This document shows positions 42,381-52,471 of a stretch of DNA of 64,000 nt, piece after piece; position 1 is the stretch's first letter; each line of letters opens with the position of its first letter. Under the pieces are notes generated by a model, which was not told the DNA's origin, searched no databases, and saw nothing but the letters and a program-made list of their open reading frames with translations. The DNA lies in contig CAXXMV010000002.1 of assembly GCA_963662285.2 (NCBI GenBank), positions 928,001 to 992,000 of the forward strand, in the 5' to 3' direction. The stretch comes from a bacterium. Its GTDB lineage: Bacteria > Hinthialibacterota > Hinthialibacteria > Hinthialibacterales > Hinthialibacteraceae. The translations under genes and the position numbers were made by a program.

Positions 42381-44528
42381 CTAGAATAATGACCAATTTG
42401 CAACATCAGTTGGACCATCACCCGCAGGTAATGCCCAGATATCATACAGGTTGAATCCAGGGCTGGCGGCGCTTCGAGTGGTATCCAATTCCAACGTTAC
42501 GGAAACCAGAACTTTATCCGGATTCACAGGAGCCGTGTCTTCATTCACGGCCGGATCATTAGGATTGGCGAAGCTGCTGGCATCACCTTCCAAACGGTCC
42601 ATACCATTGATCAGCAAACGCACATCGGCAAACTGCCAGGAACTATCCGTCGGATCCCGGAACCAGTCATCCGCGTGTAGTTCAGTCACTTCCGTACTTC
42701 CGTCTTCAAAGTTGAGAGTGGTTTTTAATGCGCCAAAACCATTACCAACCGTCGCGGACATACGTAGTTCTTTATAATGTCCTGGAGGCACCATATCAAA
42801 TGTGAATGGACCACGCTGTGTATCGTTGTTCATGAACTTTATGGAATTTTTTAATCCCAGTTCAAGAGAGGCGTTGTTGTAAGGACCAAATACGTGACCG
42901 TTCAAACCGCTCATACGATCGGGTGGTAGACCATCAGCAACATTGGGCACATTGCTGCCATCTTCATAGATATAACCAGTAACGACGAGATAGTAGTTGT
43001 TGCCATTGTCATGGCCAAAACCAGGAACGAGTGTGATGCCATCGTCATATCTATCAATGGAAATAACATCCCAAGCAGGAATAGCTGGATCACGGTCTGG
43101 ATTGTTGAAGGTCAAATCTACGCGGCCAGCGCCAGCGGGAGGCAACGCATCGTCTGAACTGATCCATATATTGTCGAAGTAGGAAGAACCCGCTGCTCCA
43201 CCACGGCGTAAGCGGATTTCGGCAATGTCAAGGATCTCGTCATTGTGATCGCCGCCTGCGTCATAGGTGTCAAGACGGTCGGTTTCATCCGGATTGATCC
43301 ATAGGTAGACGCTGTCATTCTGACCAGGACTTGGATCGAGATCGATCCGTACAAGGAAATGATTGGGTACGGTATAATCGACATCGGTTAAACTATCACC
43401 GTCGGGTAAGTTGCCTATACCGCAGAATTCTGCGTTGTAGGGTTTACCTATAAAACTGGATTCAGAACCATCAGAAGCGAAAAGAGTCATACCCGACCAA
43501 TGATCCGCCGCAGGTCCTTCTTCCTGGAAGACAAAGGAAACCCAGATGTCGCCAGAGGATTCGGGTGACATCGCACGTCCCATACCATTACCGGCATCAC
43601 CAGTGATCTTCGCGGAATAACCACCTATGTTGAATTCCGGAGCGGGTTGATTTTCAACAAGACCTGCTTCGAGAACTGCGCTATCCAGAGAACTGGGAGA
43701 ATTCGCGCCGGAAGCAGTCCAGTCACCGGCCCAACCTAGACCACCGTTGGCAGAAAGCGCATCCAGTCCTGTACCGGCATCTTCATTTGGATAGGAGAAG
43801 GTTTCATAGATGTTGAAGGAACGGAATTCGATACCTACATTGCGCCAGTAACCAGTTGAGATTTGACCATCTTCATGGGATGTAACCGCCATACCAACAT
43901 ATACGGGATTCCCCATATCGGGAACTTCGTGGCTTTCTTGAAGTACGCGTTCACCAGTTTCCATAGATACATAATAGTAACTAAAGGTGTTGCCGCGACG
44001 TTCCAATGCAATGGTATAAGTAGTGGTATCACCATAATAATCTGCTATTTGATCGGCAGGAACGATGAAATCGTCACCACTGGATGACGCGTCGATACCC
44101 TGTTGATCACGCCACTGCGCCATGAAGTCCATGTTCGATCGAAACATGGCATAGGCATAAGCGGAACCAGGAGTCAGGTTATTACGGACCATGAGACCCG
44201 ATTTAGCCCATTCTGCATTACCTGAACCAACTTCAATATCCGTACGACCGAAAATAGTGAAATCGCCTTCTACTTCCATATATACGAAATGGAATTCGTC
44301 CGCCGTTCCCCAGATATCCGCGCCGCTGGCTTGGATCACGTACTCATACTCAATCGCGCCAAAATCCCCTCCAGCTCCAGCATCCTCTGCTGTAGCCGAT
44401 CCGGCTGCGCCAACATCGCCGATATCCATACTGTTTGAGAAAGCGCCAATTTGCGAATAGGCGGGGGCTGCAATTAAGCAAACCGCCAGTAAAAAAATGA
44501 TACTTCCAATACTTTTACTCATACTCAT
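42381..44528 (-). CDS. acidic multi-domain secreted/surface protein (lectin-like beta-sandwich domains)
   Basis: Signal peptide (AYS|Q); DIG....GS / GADIWGTADEFHFVY / AKSGLMVR module; D/G-rich; ends PTDVANWSLF. Confidence 0.8.
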   Translation of the reverse strand: MSMSKSIGSIIFLLAVCLIAAPAYSQIGAFSNSMDIGDVGAAGSATAEDAGAGGDFGAIEYEYVIQASGADIWGTADEFHFVYMEVEGDFTIFGRTDIEVGSGNAEWAKSGLMVRNNLTPGSAYAYAMFRSNMDFMAQWRDQQGIDASSSGDDFIVPADQIADYYGDTTTYTIALERRGNTFSYYYVSMETGERVLQESHEVPDMGNPVYVGMAVTSHEDGQISTGYWRNVGIEFRSFNIYETFSYPNEDAGTGLDALSANGGLGWAGDWTASGANSPSSLDSAVLEAGLVENQPAPEFNIGGYSAKITGDAGNGMGRAMSPESSGDIWVSFVFQEEGPAADHWSGMTLFASDGSESSFIGKPYNAEFCGIGNLPDGDSLTDVDYTVPNHFLVRIDLDPSPGQNDSVYLWINPDETDRLDTYDAGGDHNDEILDIAEIRLRRGGAAGSSYFDNIWISSDDALPPAGAGRVDLTFNNPDRDPAIPAWDVISIDRYDDGITLVPGFGHDNGNNYYLVVTGYIYEDGSNVPNVADGLPPDRMSGLNGHVFGPYNNASLELGLKNSIKFMNNDTQRGPFTFDMVPPGHYKELRMSATVGNGFGALKTTLNFEDGSTEVTELHADDWFRDPTDSSWQFADVRLLINGMDRLEGDASSFANPNDPAVNEDTAPVNPDKVLVSVTLELDTTRSAASPGFNLYDIWALPAGDGPTDVANWSLF

Positions 44529-44551
44529 AATACCTCCCGGAATTAAAATTT

Positions 44552-44591
44552 TTCATAAATAATAGATAAAAATTAATCTATTATTTATGAA
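44552..44591. promoter_or_regulatory. perfect 16-bp inverted repeat upstream of the secreted protein gene
   Basis: TTCATAAATAATAGAT-N8-ATCTATTATTTATGAA about 25 bp upstream of the start. Confidence 0.5.
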
Positions 44592-44792
44592 TCGATAGAT
44601 CATATCATAGGTGATCCAGTTTTGTCAACAATACTCCCCACTTTTTATTCATGCATGTTCACAATTAGTCGCTAATTCGACTTGAAACTGAAAAAAGACT
44701 CGTTTTGTTTGTTTACAGTCCAAGATAGTGCGCAAGAGCGGTTAATTAATGTAGAATTTTTATCTCGTTTAATATTTTAAAACAAGAATGTT

Positions 44793-46439
44793 TTACGCGC
44801 ATGGTTCCAACTGCGTCAGAACATGTTCGGATAATCTTCGGCCAACCTCTGTTTCATCGCCGATTATTGCATGCGCTCCAGCCAATTCAAATTCCAAGCG
44901 GTGTCGTTTGTAACGTGAGCGCACTACCACTATCGCATTGGGCGCCAGATTACGGACGTGTTTCAGTACCGTCAGGGCAGCAGATCTCATGGGCAGGGTA
45001 ATCACAATGATTTTGGCGCTGCTTATATTGGCATGCAATAGGATTTCAATTTGCTGGGCGTCTCCGATATGACCTGTGAAACCCAAAAACTCCGCTTCTT
45101 GTTTTGCTTTCGCGTTCAAATCCAGGATAAGGATAGGTCTGCCAGTATCCACAAGTGAATTACCCACAGCCTGTCCAGCCGGACCGTAGCCAATAATGAT
45201 TACTTCAGGAGGCAACTTCCCGCTTCCCATAAATTCATCTTGATTAATGGTTGATTTTTTGGAACTTAGGCTTTCAAACCAGATTCCCAAACGGGGTGCG
45301 TAACCAATCAAATATGGCGTCAGGAATAACGTCACAATTGCGCTGGAGACGATTATCATATAGGTTGGTTCTCCTATCACGCCTCCCTCTTTACCGATGG
45401 TTCCGAGCACAAAGGCGAATTCTCCGACTTGCGAAAGGCATAAACCGGTAGCTAAAGCGATGCTGCTGGATTTCCCCAAAAACTTGAAAATGATCCACAC
45501 AATGAAGGTTTTGCTGATAATAATCAGAGCAGACGCTCCCAGCACTAAGTACCAGTTTTTAATAATCCAGATGGGATCGGCCACCATTCCGACCGCCCCG
45601 AAAAACAAAGTCAACAGCACAACCCTTAAACTCGATATATCCGACCGGATTTGTGCGGCGAAGGGTGAACTACCCAGAAACATCCCGGCTGCAAAGGCCC
45701 CCAACGCTGGAGATAATCCCGCCGCATGGGATAACCAGGTTGAACCCAGGCCAACCACAATGGCTAATAATAACGAGAGTTCCCGGTTCCTATCCAAGGT
45801 GAGCGAACCGAGTATCTTTACCGCTACTTTATTGAGGACGATGTATAAAACAATGATTAGCAATGCCGCCAGTAATAATAATTCACCGATCATTATTATC
45901 ATTTCGGTTGATGTTCCGGAGCCCGCTAAAAGCGTCATTAATATGGCGAACGGGACTACCGCCATATCCTGAACCAGAAGAATGGCGACCGAATTCCGCC
46001 CATAAACGCTGTCAATCTCCCCGTTATCCATCAGCACCCGCAGAACGCATGCCGTACTGCTCAGGCACACCATACAGCCGATGGCAATCGCCTCACTCAG
46101 GGTTTGCCGGAATACCAGCGCAATCAGGATTATGTATATAGCGGTGCATACAACCTGATAGAATCCACCGGAAATAGTCTTGGAATCCAGATTTTTGAGC
46201 TTCTGCCACGAAAATTCCAAACCCAGGCTGAATAGCAGCAACGATACTCCCAACTCGGCAATAGCCTCGATATCACTTTCAGCACGGATAATCCGTAAAC
46301 TACCCGGCCCGCCCAGCAGCATCCCCGCCAGCAGATATCCAACCAGCGGACTTTGCTTCAAGCGGGAAAATATCGCTCCAAAAACCAGGCAGCCCATCAG
46401 CAGGATCACGATTTCTATCAATAAGTTCCAAGTACCCAC
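44793..46439 (-). CDS. CPA2/Kef-type cation:proton antiporter with TrkA-N domain
   Basis: AELGV.LLLF.LGLE, SST, QD, LSQVGEFAFV, IIGYGPAG. Confidence 0.92.
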   Translation of the reverse strand: MGTWNLLIEIVILLMGCLVFGAIFSRLKQSPLVGYLLAGMLLGGPGSLRIIRAESDIEAIAELGVSLLLFSLGLEFSWQKLKNLDSKTISGGFYQVVCTAIYIILIALVFRQTLSEAIAIGCMVCLSSTACVLRVLMDNGEIDSVYGRNSVAILLVQDMAVVPFAILMTLLAGSGTSTEMIIMIGELLLLAALLIIVLYIVLNKVAVKILGSLTLDRNRELSLLLAIVVGLGSTWLSHAAGLSPALGAFAAGMFLGSSPFAAQIRSDISSLRVVLLTLFFGAVGMVADPIWIIKNWYLVLGASALIIISKTFIVWIIFKFLGKSSSIALATGLCLSQVGEFAFVLGTIGKEGGVIGEPTYMIIVSSAIVTLFLTPYLIGYAPRLGIWFESLSSKKSTINQDEFMGSGKLPPEVIIIGYGPAGQAVGNSLVDTGRPILILDLNAKAKQEAEFLGFTGHIGDAQQIEILLHANISSAKIIVITLPMRSAALTVLKHVRNLAPNAIVVVRSRYKRHRLEFELAGAHAIIGDETEVGRRLSEHVLTQLEPCA

Positions 46440-46697
46440 GTTTCGGCCTCTTTCTTTTGAGAATTACTCCATATTCATATCATATCAATTTTTAGCATAT
46501 ATGTCGTCATTTATGTTTTTTTCTTAAGATTAATTCTTTGAATAAGGAATGCATGATGAGCAACGAGTTGTATCGGTTGGTCTTGACGTCTGTCAAGTGC
46601 TATGAGACTATCCGGTGTCGAAATTATTGTGCAAATCGGGAGTCGAATAGTTTAGCAAGCCTATATTTAATGTAAATATTTGATTGGGAGAAAATTA

Positions 46698-48122
46698 ATG
46701 AAAAGACGAACATTTATGCAGTCCAGTTTGATGTCTTTTGCGGGAACTGTGTTTTCAACAGAAACGTACTCAAACCAACATTCATGTTCCTTATCTCAAT
46801 ATGATTTTGTTTCGGCAAGTCAGATCGCCTCTCTAATAAAATCAAAAACTATTTCCGTAAGTGAATTGACTTCTCATATTCTGAAGCGCATTGAACGATT
46901 CAATCCTAAGATTAATGCAATCGTCACATTGAACACAAAAGAAGCGCTCCAGCAAGCGGCGCAGGCTGATGAGGCTATCCGCCGGGGTGAAAAACTCGGT
47001 CCATTGCATGGCGTCCCCATCACAATCAAAGATAATTACGAAACTAAAGGAATTCTCAGTACAGCGGGGAATCAAGGGTATTATGACAAGTCGCACATTC
47101 CACAAAAAAATGCTCCAGCTGTTGAGAGACTTCTCCAGGCAGGAGCCATCATTATAGGCAAAACAAATTTGCCCGAGTTTGGTATAGACTGGCAATGTTA
47201 CAACAAGGTGTTTGGTACTACAAATAATCCTTGGAGCCTTGATCGCACGACAGGTGGGTCTTCGGGTGGATGCGCTGCGGCATTGGCAAGTGGCATGTCT
47301 TATCTATCGATCGGTAACGATCTTGCTGGTTCATTGAGGATCCCCGCCAGTTTTTGTGGAGTCTATAGTCATCGCCCAACGCTCAATTTTATTCCCATGA
47401 CGGGATTAATTACTGAGAGAGCCGGGATTCTTCAGGAGGATCACGTTGAAAAGTTATCCACTAATGGTCCTTTAGCACGATCAGTTGATGATTTGGAATT
47501 GGCCATCAAATTGTTAATGGGCGAAAAATATAAAGAACTTAAGCCACTTAAAAAGAAACGCCTTTCCGATTATCGCATTGGTTACGTCCTTGATCATCCC
47601 AATTTACAAACCGAACCATCTTTGAAAAATCATTATGAAAAAGTGATCCTGAAACTTAAAGCTAATGGTGCGCAACTCATTCAAGCCTGGCCTGATTCCT
47701 ACGAAGATCGAGATTGTTTATTAGACTATTTCCAGTTATTTTTTGGACAAGAACAAGGAATCAAGAACCAATCTGTATTGAAGAAGCAGTGGAGTGAGTA
47801 TCTTCAGGATTACGACGCATTTCTTCATCCGACCTGTTTCACCGAACCGTTTACTCATCAGCAAAGTGAAATTTCGATGGGCAAGCGAAAACTTACCACA
47901 CGCGTTAAAGAGTACCTATATCCGTTGGTTTGTGGTTGGGCGTCGTTCTCTGTGATCACAGGTTTCCCATCGACGACGATCCCTACGGGATTGAATTTAT
48001 ATAATCTCCCTATTGGGATGCAGATTATGAGCAACCATGCAGAAGACCATTTGACGTTACATTTGGCTAAGCAAATAAGTAATGTGCTTGGTGGATTTCA
48101 AATCCCCCCGGATTATATGTAG
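46698..48122 (+). CDS. amidase signature family protein, probable Tat substrate
   Basis: MKRRTFM; GPLHGVPITIKD, GGSSGG, GNDLAGSLRIPA. Confidence 0.92.
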   Translation: MKRRTFMQSSLMSFAGTVFSTETYSNQHSCSLSQYDFVSASQIASLIKSKTISVSELTSHILKRIERFNPKINAIVTLNTKEALQQAAQADEAIRRGEKLGPLHGVPITIKDNYETKGILSTAGNQGYYDKSHIPQKNAPAVERLLQAGAIIIGKTNLPEFGIDWQCYNKVFGTTNNPWSLDRTTGGSSGGCAAALASGMSYLSIGNDLAGSLRIPASFCGVYSHRPTLNFIPMTGLITERAGILQEDHVEKLSTNGPLARSVDDLELAIKLLMGEKYKELKPLKKKRLSDYRIGYVLDHPNLQTEPSLKNHYEKVILKLKANGAQLIQAWPDSYEDRDCLLDYFQLFFGQEQGIKNQSVLKKQWSEYLQDYDAFLHPTCFTEPFTHQQSEISMGKRKLTTRVKEYLYPLVCGWASFSVITGFPSTTIPTGLNLYNLPIGMQIMSNHAEDHLTLHLAKQISNVLGGFQIPPDYM

Positions 48123-48276
48123 CAATGCAAAACCACATTGTGGTCAATCATTGATGAGGCGACTTGTGCAAATGTTAAAATGTCAGATTATCATAATCAC
48201 CCTATAACATAAAATCCATAATATCCTGGGTATCCAGATTAAGATGAAAACATAAAATTCCATTTGCTAATATTAA

Positions 48277-48705
48277 TTAGATAACTTCCCAATCTTCCAC
48301 ATCTCCATGAATCACATTAAAAAGCGGATGGCATTCAATCTTCTCAATCTTAATCAACTTGAGATATAGTTCGTTATCTCTGGTTTTCAGTTTGGTTGAT
48401 AAATGTTTGAATTCGTATGTTAGTTGTCCACTTGTGACAGGTATGGTTCCGCGGAATTGTTTATTTATAATTTTGCTTCGGTCGAAGTTGTATCCTCTAT
48501 TATCCGCCTCATCAAGGACGCCTCTTAAATAATCGGCGATTGCTCCGAGAGGATTTTTGGTATTCTTGAATCTTACTAATTGGGGATGATTCCTGTAGCC
48601 CTTGGTTTGGCCTTGCAAAACCTTTTGCGCCAACAGACCTTCTCTCCATAGCGCGACCAGCCCCTTGGCGTCTAAATAACTTGGATGTATCGACCAAAGC
48701 CGCAT
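48277..48705 (-). CDS. pyrimidine dimer DNA glycosylase / endonuclease V family protein
   Basis: MRLWSIHP.YLD.KGLVALWRE.LLAQKVL.G.TKGY.NHPQL. Confidence 0.88.
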   Translation of the reverse strand: MRLWSIHPSYLDAKGLVALWREGLLAQKVLQGQTKGYRNHPQLVRFKNTKNPLGAIADYLRGVLDEADNRGYNFDRSKIINKQFRGTIPVTSGQLTYEFKHLSTKLKTRDNELYLKLIKIEKIECHPLFNVIHGDVEDWEVI

Positions 48706-48722
48706 GTTGGTCTTCCCCCGCT

Positions 48723-49988
48723 CTAATCCATATCATAAAGTTCCCATGCATGGGCTTCACTCATAACATTCAAGTAAGGTTTAATGCGGTATGCGAGGCT
48801 GATTTCTTCTCCCCGGGCTATGGTTTCGCCTATGATGCTGAGGGTGACAACAAAATTATCGTTATATTCCGAATCAGTTTCAGTCCAAAAAACCACCAGT
48901 TGCAGGTCGTGGCTTAATTTTTTGAAATCCCTGATTTCGAATGATGAGCGCAGGTGGTAAGGTTCTTCCGGTTTTAGATAATGGTCAGGATTGCGGTCTC
49001 TCTGCTCGATAAAGAAACGGTTGTCATCGGTGTTCATCTTATCGACATAGCCCATTACTGTTTTATAACTATTCATTTCACTTAGCGCAAGACTAAACGA
49101 CATATCCTTATCGTCACCTATTTGCACGGTGATGGTATCTGTGTCATGGGCGCTTTCATTCCAATACATCGTACTCAATAGAAACGGCGAAGGGCCGTAA
49201 AATTCATCGATTTCCTTACGGGCGAAAAAGTGCGAGGTTACATCAACAACATATTCCGGATCAGAAGGCTCTTCCGTAACCGTGAATTCCAGCAGACTGG
49301 CGCCCGCGAATTCTTCTGATTCAGCGAATAGAACTACATTAAACACGTTCTCGCTGATGATCTGTCCATACAATTCGCGGATTTCGGGGAACTGCTCGTT
49401 GTCATCAAAAATCCCGTTGCCGAAAATACGAAGTGATGCGCCATAGGCTTGGGGTGGGAAGCCTGTCAGGCGGATGTAGCCGTTGCCTCTTATATTGGCG
49501 ATTTCAGGCCAGCCGTCTTCAGTCTGGTGGCCGATTTTCATCCCCGCGAAATAGCGGGCGCATTCGGGGATATCTTCCGCATTAAGATCAGGTTTTGCAT
49601 TATTCCAGTTGAAAATATCGGCGTCAAAGGGCAGTTCCATCCATTGGTTGTTTTCAAACTGGTGTATCGCAATGCGGTTGACGTTAGCGTTGCCTCTGGG
49701 ACGCTGTTGCCCCCACCATCCCGATCCATCAAAAGCGTTGTTGGTCGATGGTTCGATTAAATCGATGCGGTTGTAATCCTGATAGGTCAACGCCGGGTAA
49801 TCCACTATCGTGCATTCACCTTGAGGCAGGTCTGTTGATGGTGCAAAATCCTGGTTGGCTTTTTGTCGGGCCAGGTCTACCAGTTCGGAGAATTTATCCA
49901 GTGAGGCCTGACCATATACCGGCAGGGCGCTTATTGAAATTACCATAATCAAGCAACAAGTTGTTATTGAACGATATAATAAATTCAT
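48723..49988 (-). CDS. divergent OpgG/OpgD (MdoG)-like secreted glucan protein
   Basis: LTYQDYNRI, YGASLR, EQFPEIRE, HDTD, EQRDRNPDHY...YHLRSS, TDSEYNDNFV match MdoG motifs; ends SEAHAWELYDMD. Confidence 0.7.
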   Translation of the reverse strand: MNLLYRSITTCCLIMVISISALPVYGQASLDKFSELVDLARQKANQDFAPSTDLPQGECTIVDYPALTYQDYNRIDLIEPSTNNAFDGSGWWGQQRPRGNANVNRIAIHQFENNQWMELPFDADIFNWNNAKPDLNAEDIPECARYFAGMKIGHQTEDGWPEIANIRGNGYIRLTGFPPQAYGASLRIFGNGIFDDNEQFPEIRELYGQIISENVFNVVLFAESEEFAGASLLEFTVTEEPSDPEYVVDVTSHFFARKEIDEFYGPSPFLLSTMYWNESAHDTDTITVQIGDDKDMSFSLALSEMNSYKTVMGYVDKMNTDDNRFFIEQRDRNPDHYLKPEEPYHLRSSFEIRDFKKLSHDLQLVVFWTETDSEYNDNFVVTLSIIGETIARGEEISLAYRIKPYLNVMSEAHAWELYDMD

Positions 49989-50093
49989 ATTTTATTCCTT
50001 TTGTATTCAATCATGTATTACGAAAATCTGAAAAGTCTAAAACAATCTTATTATATAAGAACAGTTTGTTCTAAGGCATGATATTTAATTAAT

Positions 50094-50783
50094 TTACTTG
50101 ATAGGGAAATCGAAATACGTATCCGGGAATGGCTCGTCTTTAAGCGTAAAATGCCACCATTCTTCTTTCAAAGGTTTAAAGCCATGCTTTGTCATCAAAC
50201 TTTGCAGCAACATGCGGTGCGCCCGTTGAGTTGGTTTGACCGCCTTGCTATCCGGCCATGATAGCGGGCCGAAAAAATCGAATCCGGTTCCCATATCCAG
50301 TTCCAGTGGATTGTTTGAGTCGATAGATATTATGGTTACATCAACCGTACTTCCTCTGGAATGGCCGGATTTAGCTGCTATATATCCATCCCTGAACAGG
50401 TTTTGCTTATCTACGCCGGGGTAATATTTGGCCTTCATTTTGACATCGCCCAGGTCTTTAGCCCAGCGCACGAAATGATCAACAGATTGTTGCGGTCTAT
50501 AGGCATCAAAGATTTTGAGTTCCAATCCAAAAGTCTTTAACTCATCTTGAACCTTCTTGAGGGCAGCGGCGGCTTGTTGCGTAAGGATGCATCTAGGTTT
50601 TTCATAACCATCGATGCGCTGACCCACAAAGTTATTCTCAGTATAGTAGCGCATCTCCAACACAATACCGGGAATAATATTTTGGATATCAACAAAACCG
50701 TCGGGTAATTTTTCTGCATTAAGCGTCATGGCTATAATCAAGCACCACAAAATCGTGAATATCAGAGAAAAGAAATGTTTCAT
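50094..50783 (-). CDS. D-Ala-D-Ala dipeptidase (VanX/DdpX, M15D) with signal peptide
   Basis: DAYRP, SGHSRGSTVD, DMGTGFDFF, EWWHF. Confidence 0.93.
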   Translation of the reverse strand: MKHFFSLIFTILWCLIIAMTLNAEKLPDGFVDIQNIIPGIVLEMRYYTENNFVGQRIDGYEKPRCILTQQAAAALKKVQDELKTFGLELKIFDAYRPQQSVDHFVRWAKDLGDVKMKAKYYPGVDKQNLFRDGYIAAKSGHSRGSTVDVTIISIDSNNPLELDMGTGFDFFGPLSWPDSKAVKPTQRAHRMLLQSLMTKHGFKPLKEEWWHFTLKDEPFPDTYFDFPIK

Positions 50784-50811
50784 TATTATCCTTCGTGATT
50801 ATGGTTGGTTC

Positions 50812-52467
50812 TTATTCTTTCTCATATAAATAAGCCTTCAATTTTCCCGACTGAAATACCAATTCATCACCCTCATGCTCATGAACAGTGAGCAGTAAGA
50901 ATGGTGCAGGGGGCAGGTCGCCGCCTACTTTAATTGCGCCAGCAGGGTGATTCAGCCAATAATTCATGTTGGAAAGTAATTGAACGCCATTCTCTTCGCA
51001 GTAAATTAGGGTATCACCCCATTTTTTTTGTTCGACCTCTCTGCAAAAATCGTGTATCTCATTGGCTAGATATGTTTCAATGGCGGTTGTTCTGGTCTGC
51101 ATGATAAAATCGACTGCCGAAAGTTGGATAAACAGAATTATGACCACGGATATCACCATACCCGTTCTTTTACAGAATAGACAGATGATCCCTCCTATTA
51201 GTGAGGCGCCGATCAGGTATTTACATGCATTTAGCGCTCCCATGTTGCGCATTTGATAGATGAAATCTAATGATGGAGCGTTGGCCAGAAATTCATGGTT
51301 ATTGCTCAGTTTGCTCCATGCTTCTGGAATCAATAAACTTGCGGCCAGCAGCGGGATGATAATAATCAATGCGCCAATTCTGAGTATTCGCTCATTCCTG
51401 GATGCTTTGTGTAAGGCGCCCAATGACGCCGCGAAAATGGGAAGGCAGATTAAATTGATATAAAAGATATAGCGCAGCGATATCGACCAGGGTTCGATCC
51501 CCATGCGTTTAACGTAATAAACCGCCACTGTAACAGTCAGCGCTATGGCTGTTATAAAAGCAAAATAGGTTATTTCGCGGGATGTTTGGGTTAATTTGTC
51601 GGGTAATAACCAGGCAACCAGCCAGTGCACAATCATAAAGCCAGTGATCAGCAGGCCGCCTTCAAGCCATAATCCTGTCCAATGAGCCGAGAAAATGGAA
51701 ACGAAAAGAGCGAAGGAAGAGGGGAGGGCGTCATTATTAAACGAGGCGTATAATAACTGCGTTCCTTCTCTGGTGAAATATCCCAATTGCCACCACGCAG
51801 TTATTGTGATAGAGAAAGCCATGCCAAAAGCCATGAGCGGAGGCGCTGGATCGCGCTCGTGTTTCACTGTGCGGTAGACCACCCAGCCTAATGCTGTTGC
51901 GCAATAAACGATCAGGAAAATCCGCGTCAAAATCAGTCCCGCGATAGCCATGCCCAGAAAGGCGCCGTCCCGCACGCGGGGTCTTTGGTCTGTCAGAATC
52001 CGCGAAACAGATAACGCGCTCCAGATTACCAATGGCGCCGCCAGATTCTCACTCATAGTCCATTGCGTATATGCCGCTGATGGGTAAATCGCATATATAA
52101 GGCATACGAAAACTGCGTCTGATGGTTTGAGCATCCGGCGTGAATAGGCATACATGGGAAACAAGCCCAGAAAATAAATGGCGGGATTGATCCATGATTG
52201 AATCAGTTCAACCGTAAGATAATCTGGTGCGAAAAATCCGACGGAGATTAAAAAGGGATAAAACGGCGGAACTGGAAAATGCTTATTTAAATCAAAACTG
52301 GAAATATTATGCAATCCAAACGCCAGGCTTTTATAGAAAACCGAATCCCACACCACTTCTAATATTGGCGTATGCAGATTGGAAATTATTCCATGCATCA
52401 CAACCAGAGGTATATAAAACCAGATCAATCGAAATTCGTTGCGCTTATTCCAGAAGATGATATTCAT
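50812..52467 (-). CDS. polytopic membrane protein, GT-C-like
   Basis: WDS..Y, PPFYP, MSENL, about 13 TM. Confidence 0.65.
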   Translation of the reverse strand: MNIIFWNKRNEFRLIWFYIPLVVMHGIISNLHTPILEVVWDSVFYKSLAFGLHNISSFDLNKHFPVPPFYPFLISVGFFAPDYLTVELIQSWINPAIYFLGLFPMYAYSRRMLKPSDAVFVCLIYAIYPSAAYTQWTMSENLAAPLVIWSALSVSRILTDQRPRVRDGAFLGMAIAGLILTRIFLIVYCATALGWVVYRTVKHERDPAPPLMAFGMAFSITITAWWQLGYFTREGTQLLYASFNNDALPSSFALFVSIFSAHWTGLWLEGGLLITGFMIVHWLVAWLLPDKLTQTSREITYFAFITAIALTVTVAVYYVKRMGIEPWSISLRYIFYINLICLPIFAASLGALHKASRNERILRIGALIIIIPLLAASLLIPEAWSKLSNNHEFLANAPSLDFIYQMRNMGALNACKYLIGASLIGGIICLFCKRTGMVISVVIILFIQLSAVDFIMQTRTTAIETYLANEIHDFCREVEQKKWGDTLIYCEENGVQLLSNMNYWLNHPAGAIKVGGDLPPAPFLLLTVHEHEGDELVFQSGKLKAYLYEKE

Positions 52468-52471
52468 TCAA

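Noticed and set aside
50094-50783. vancomycin resistance locus
   Set aside because: Lone VanX-like dipeptidase with a signal peptide; no vanH/vanA/vanRS nearby
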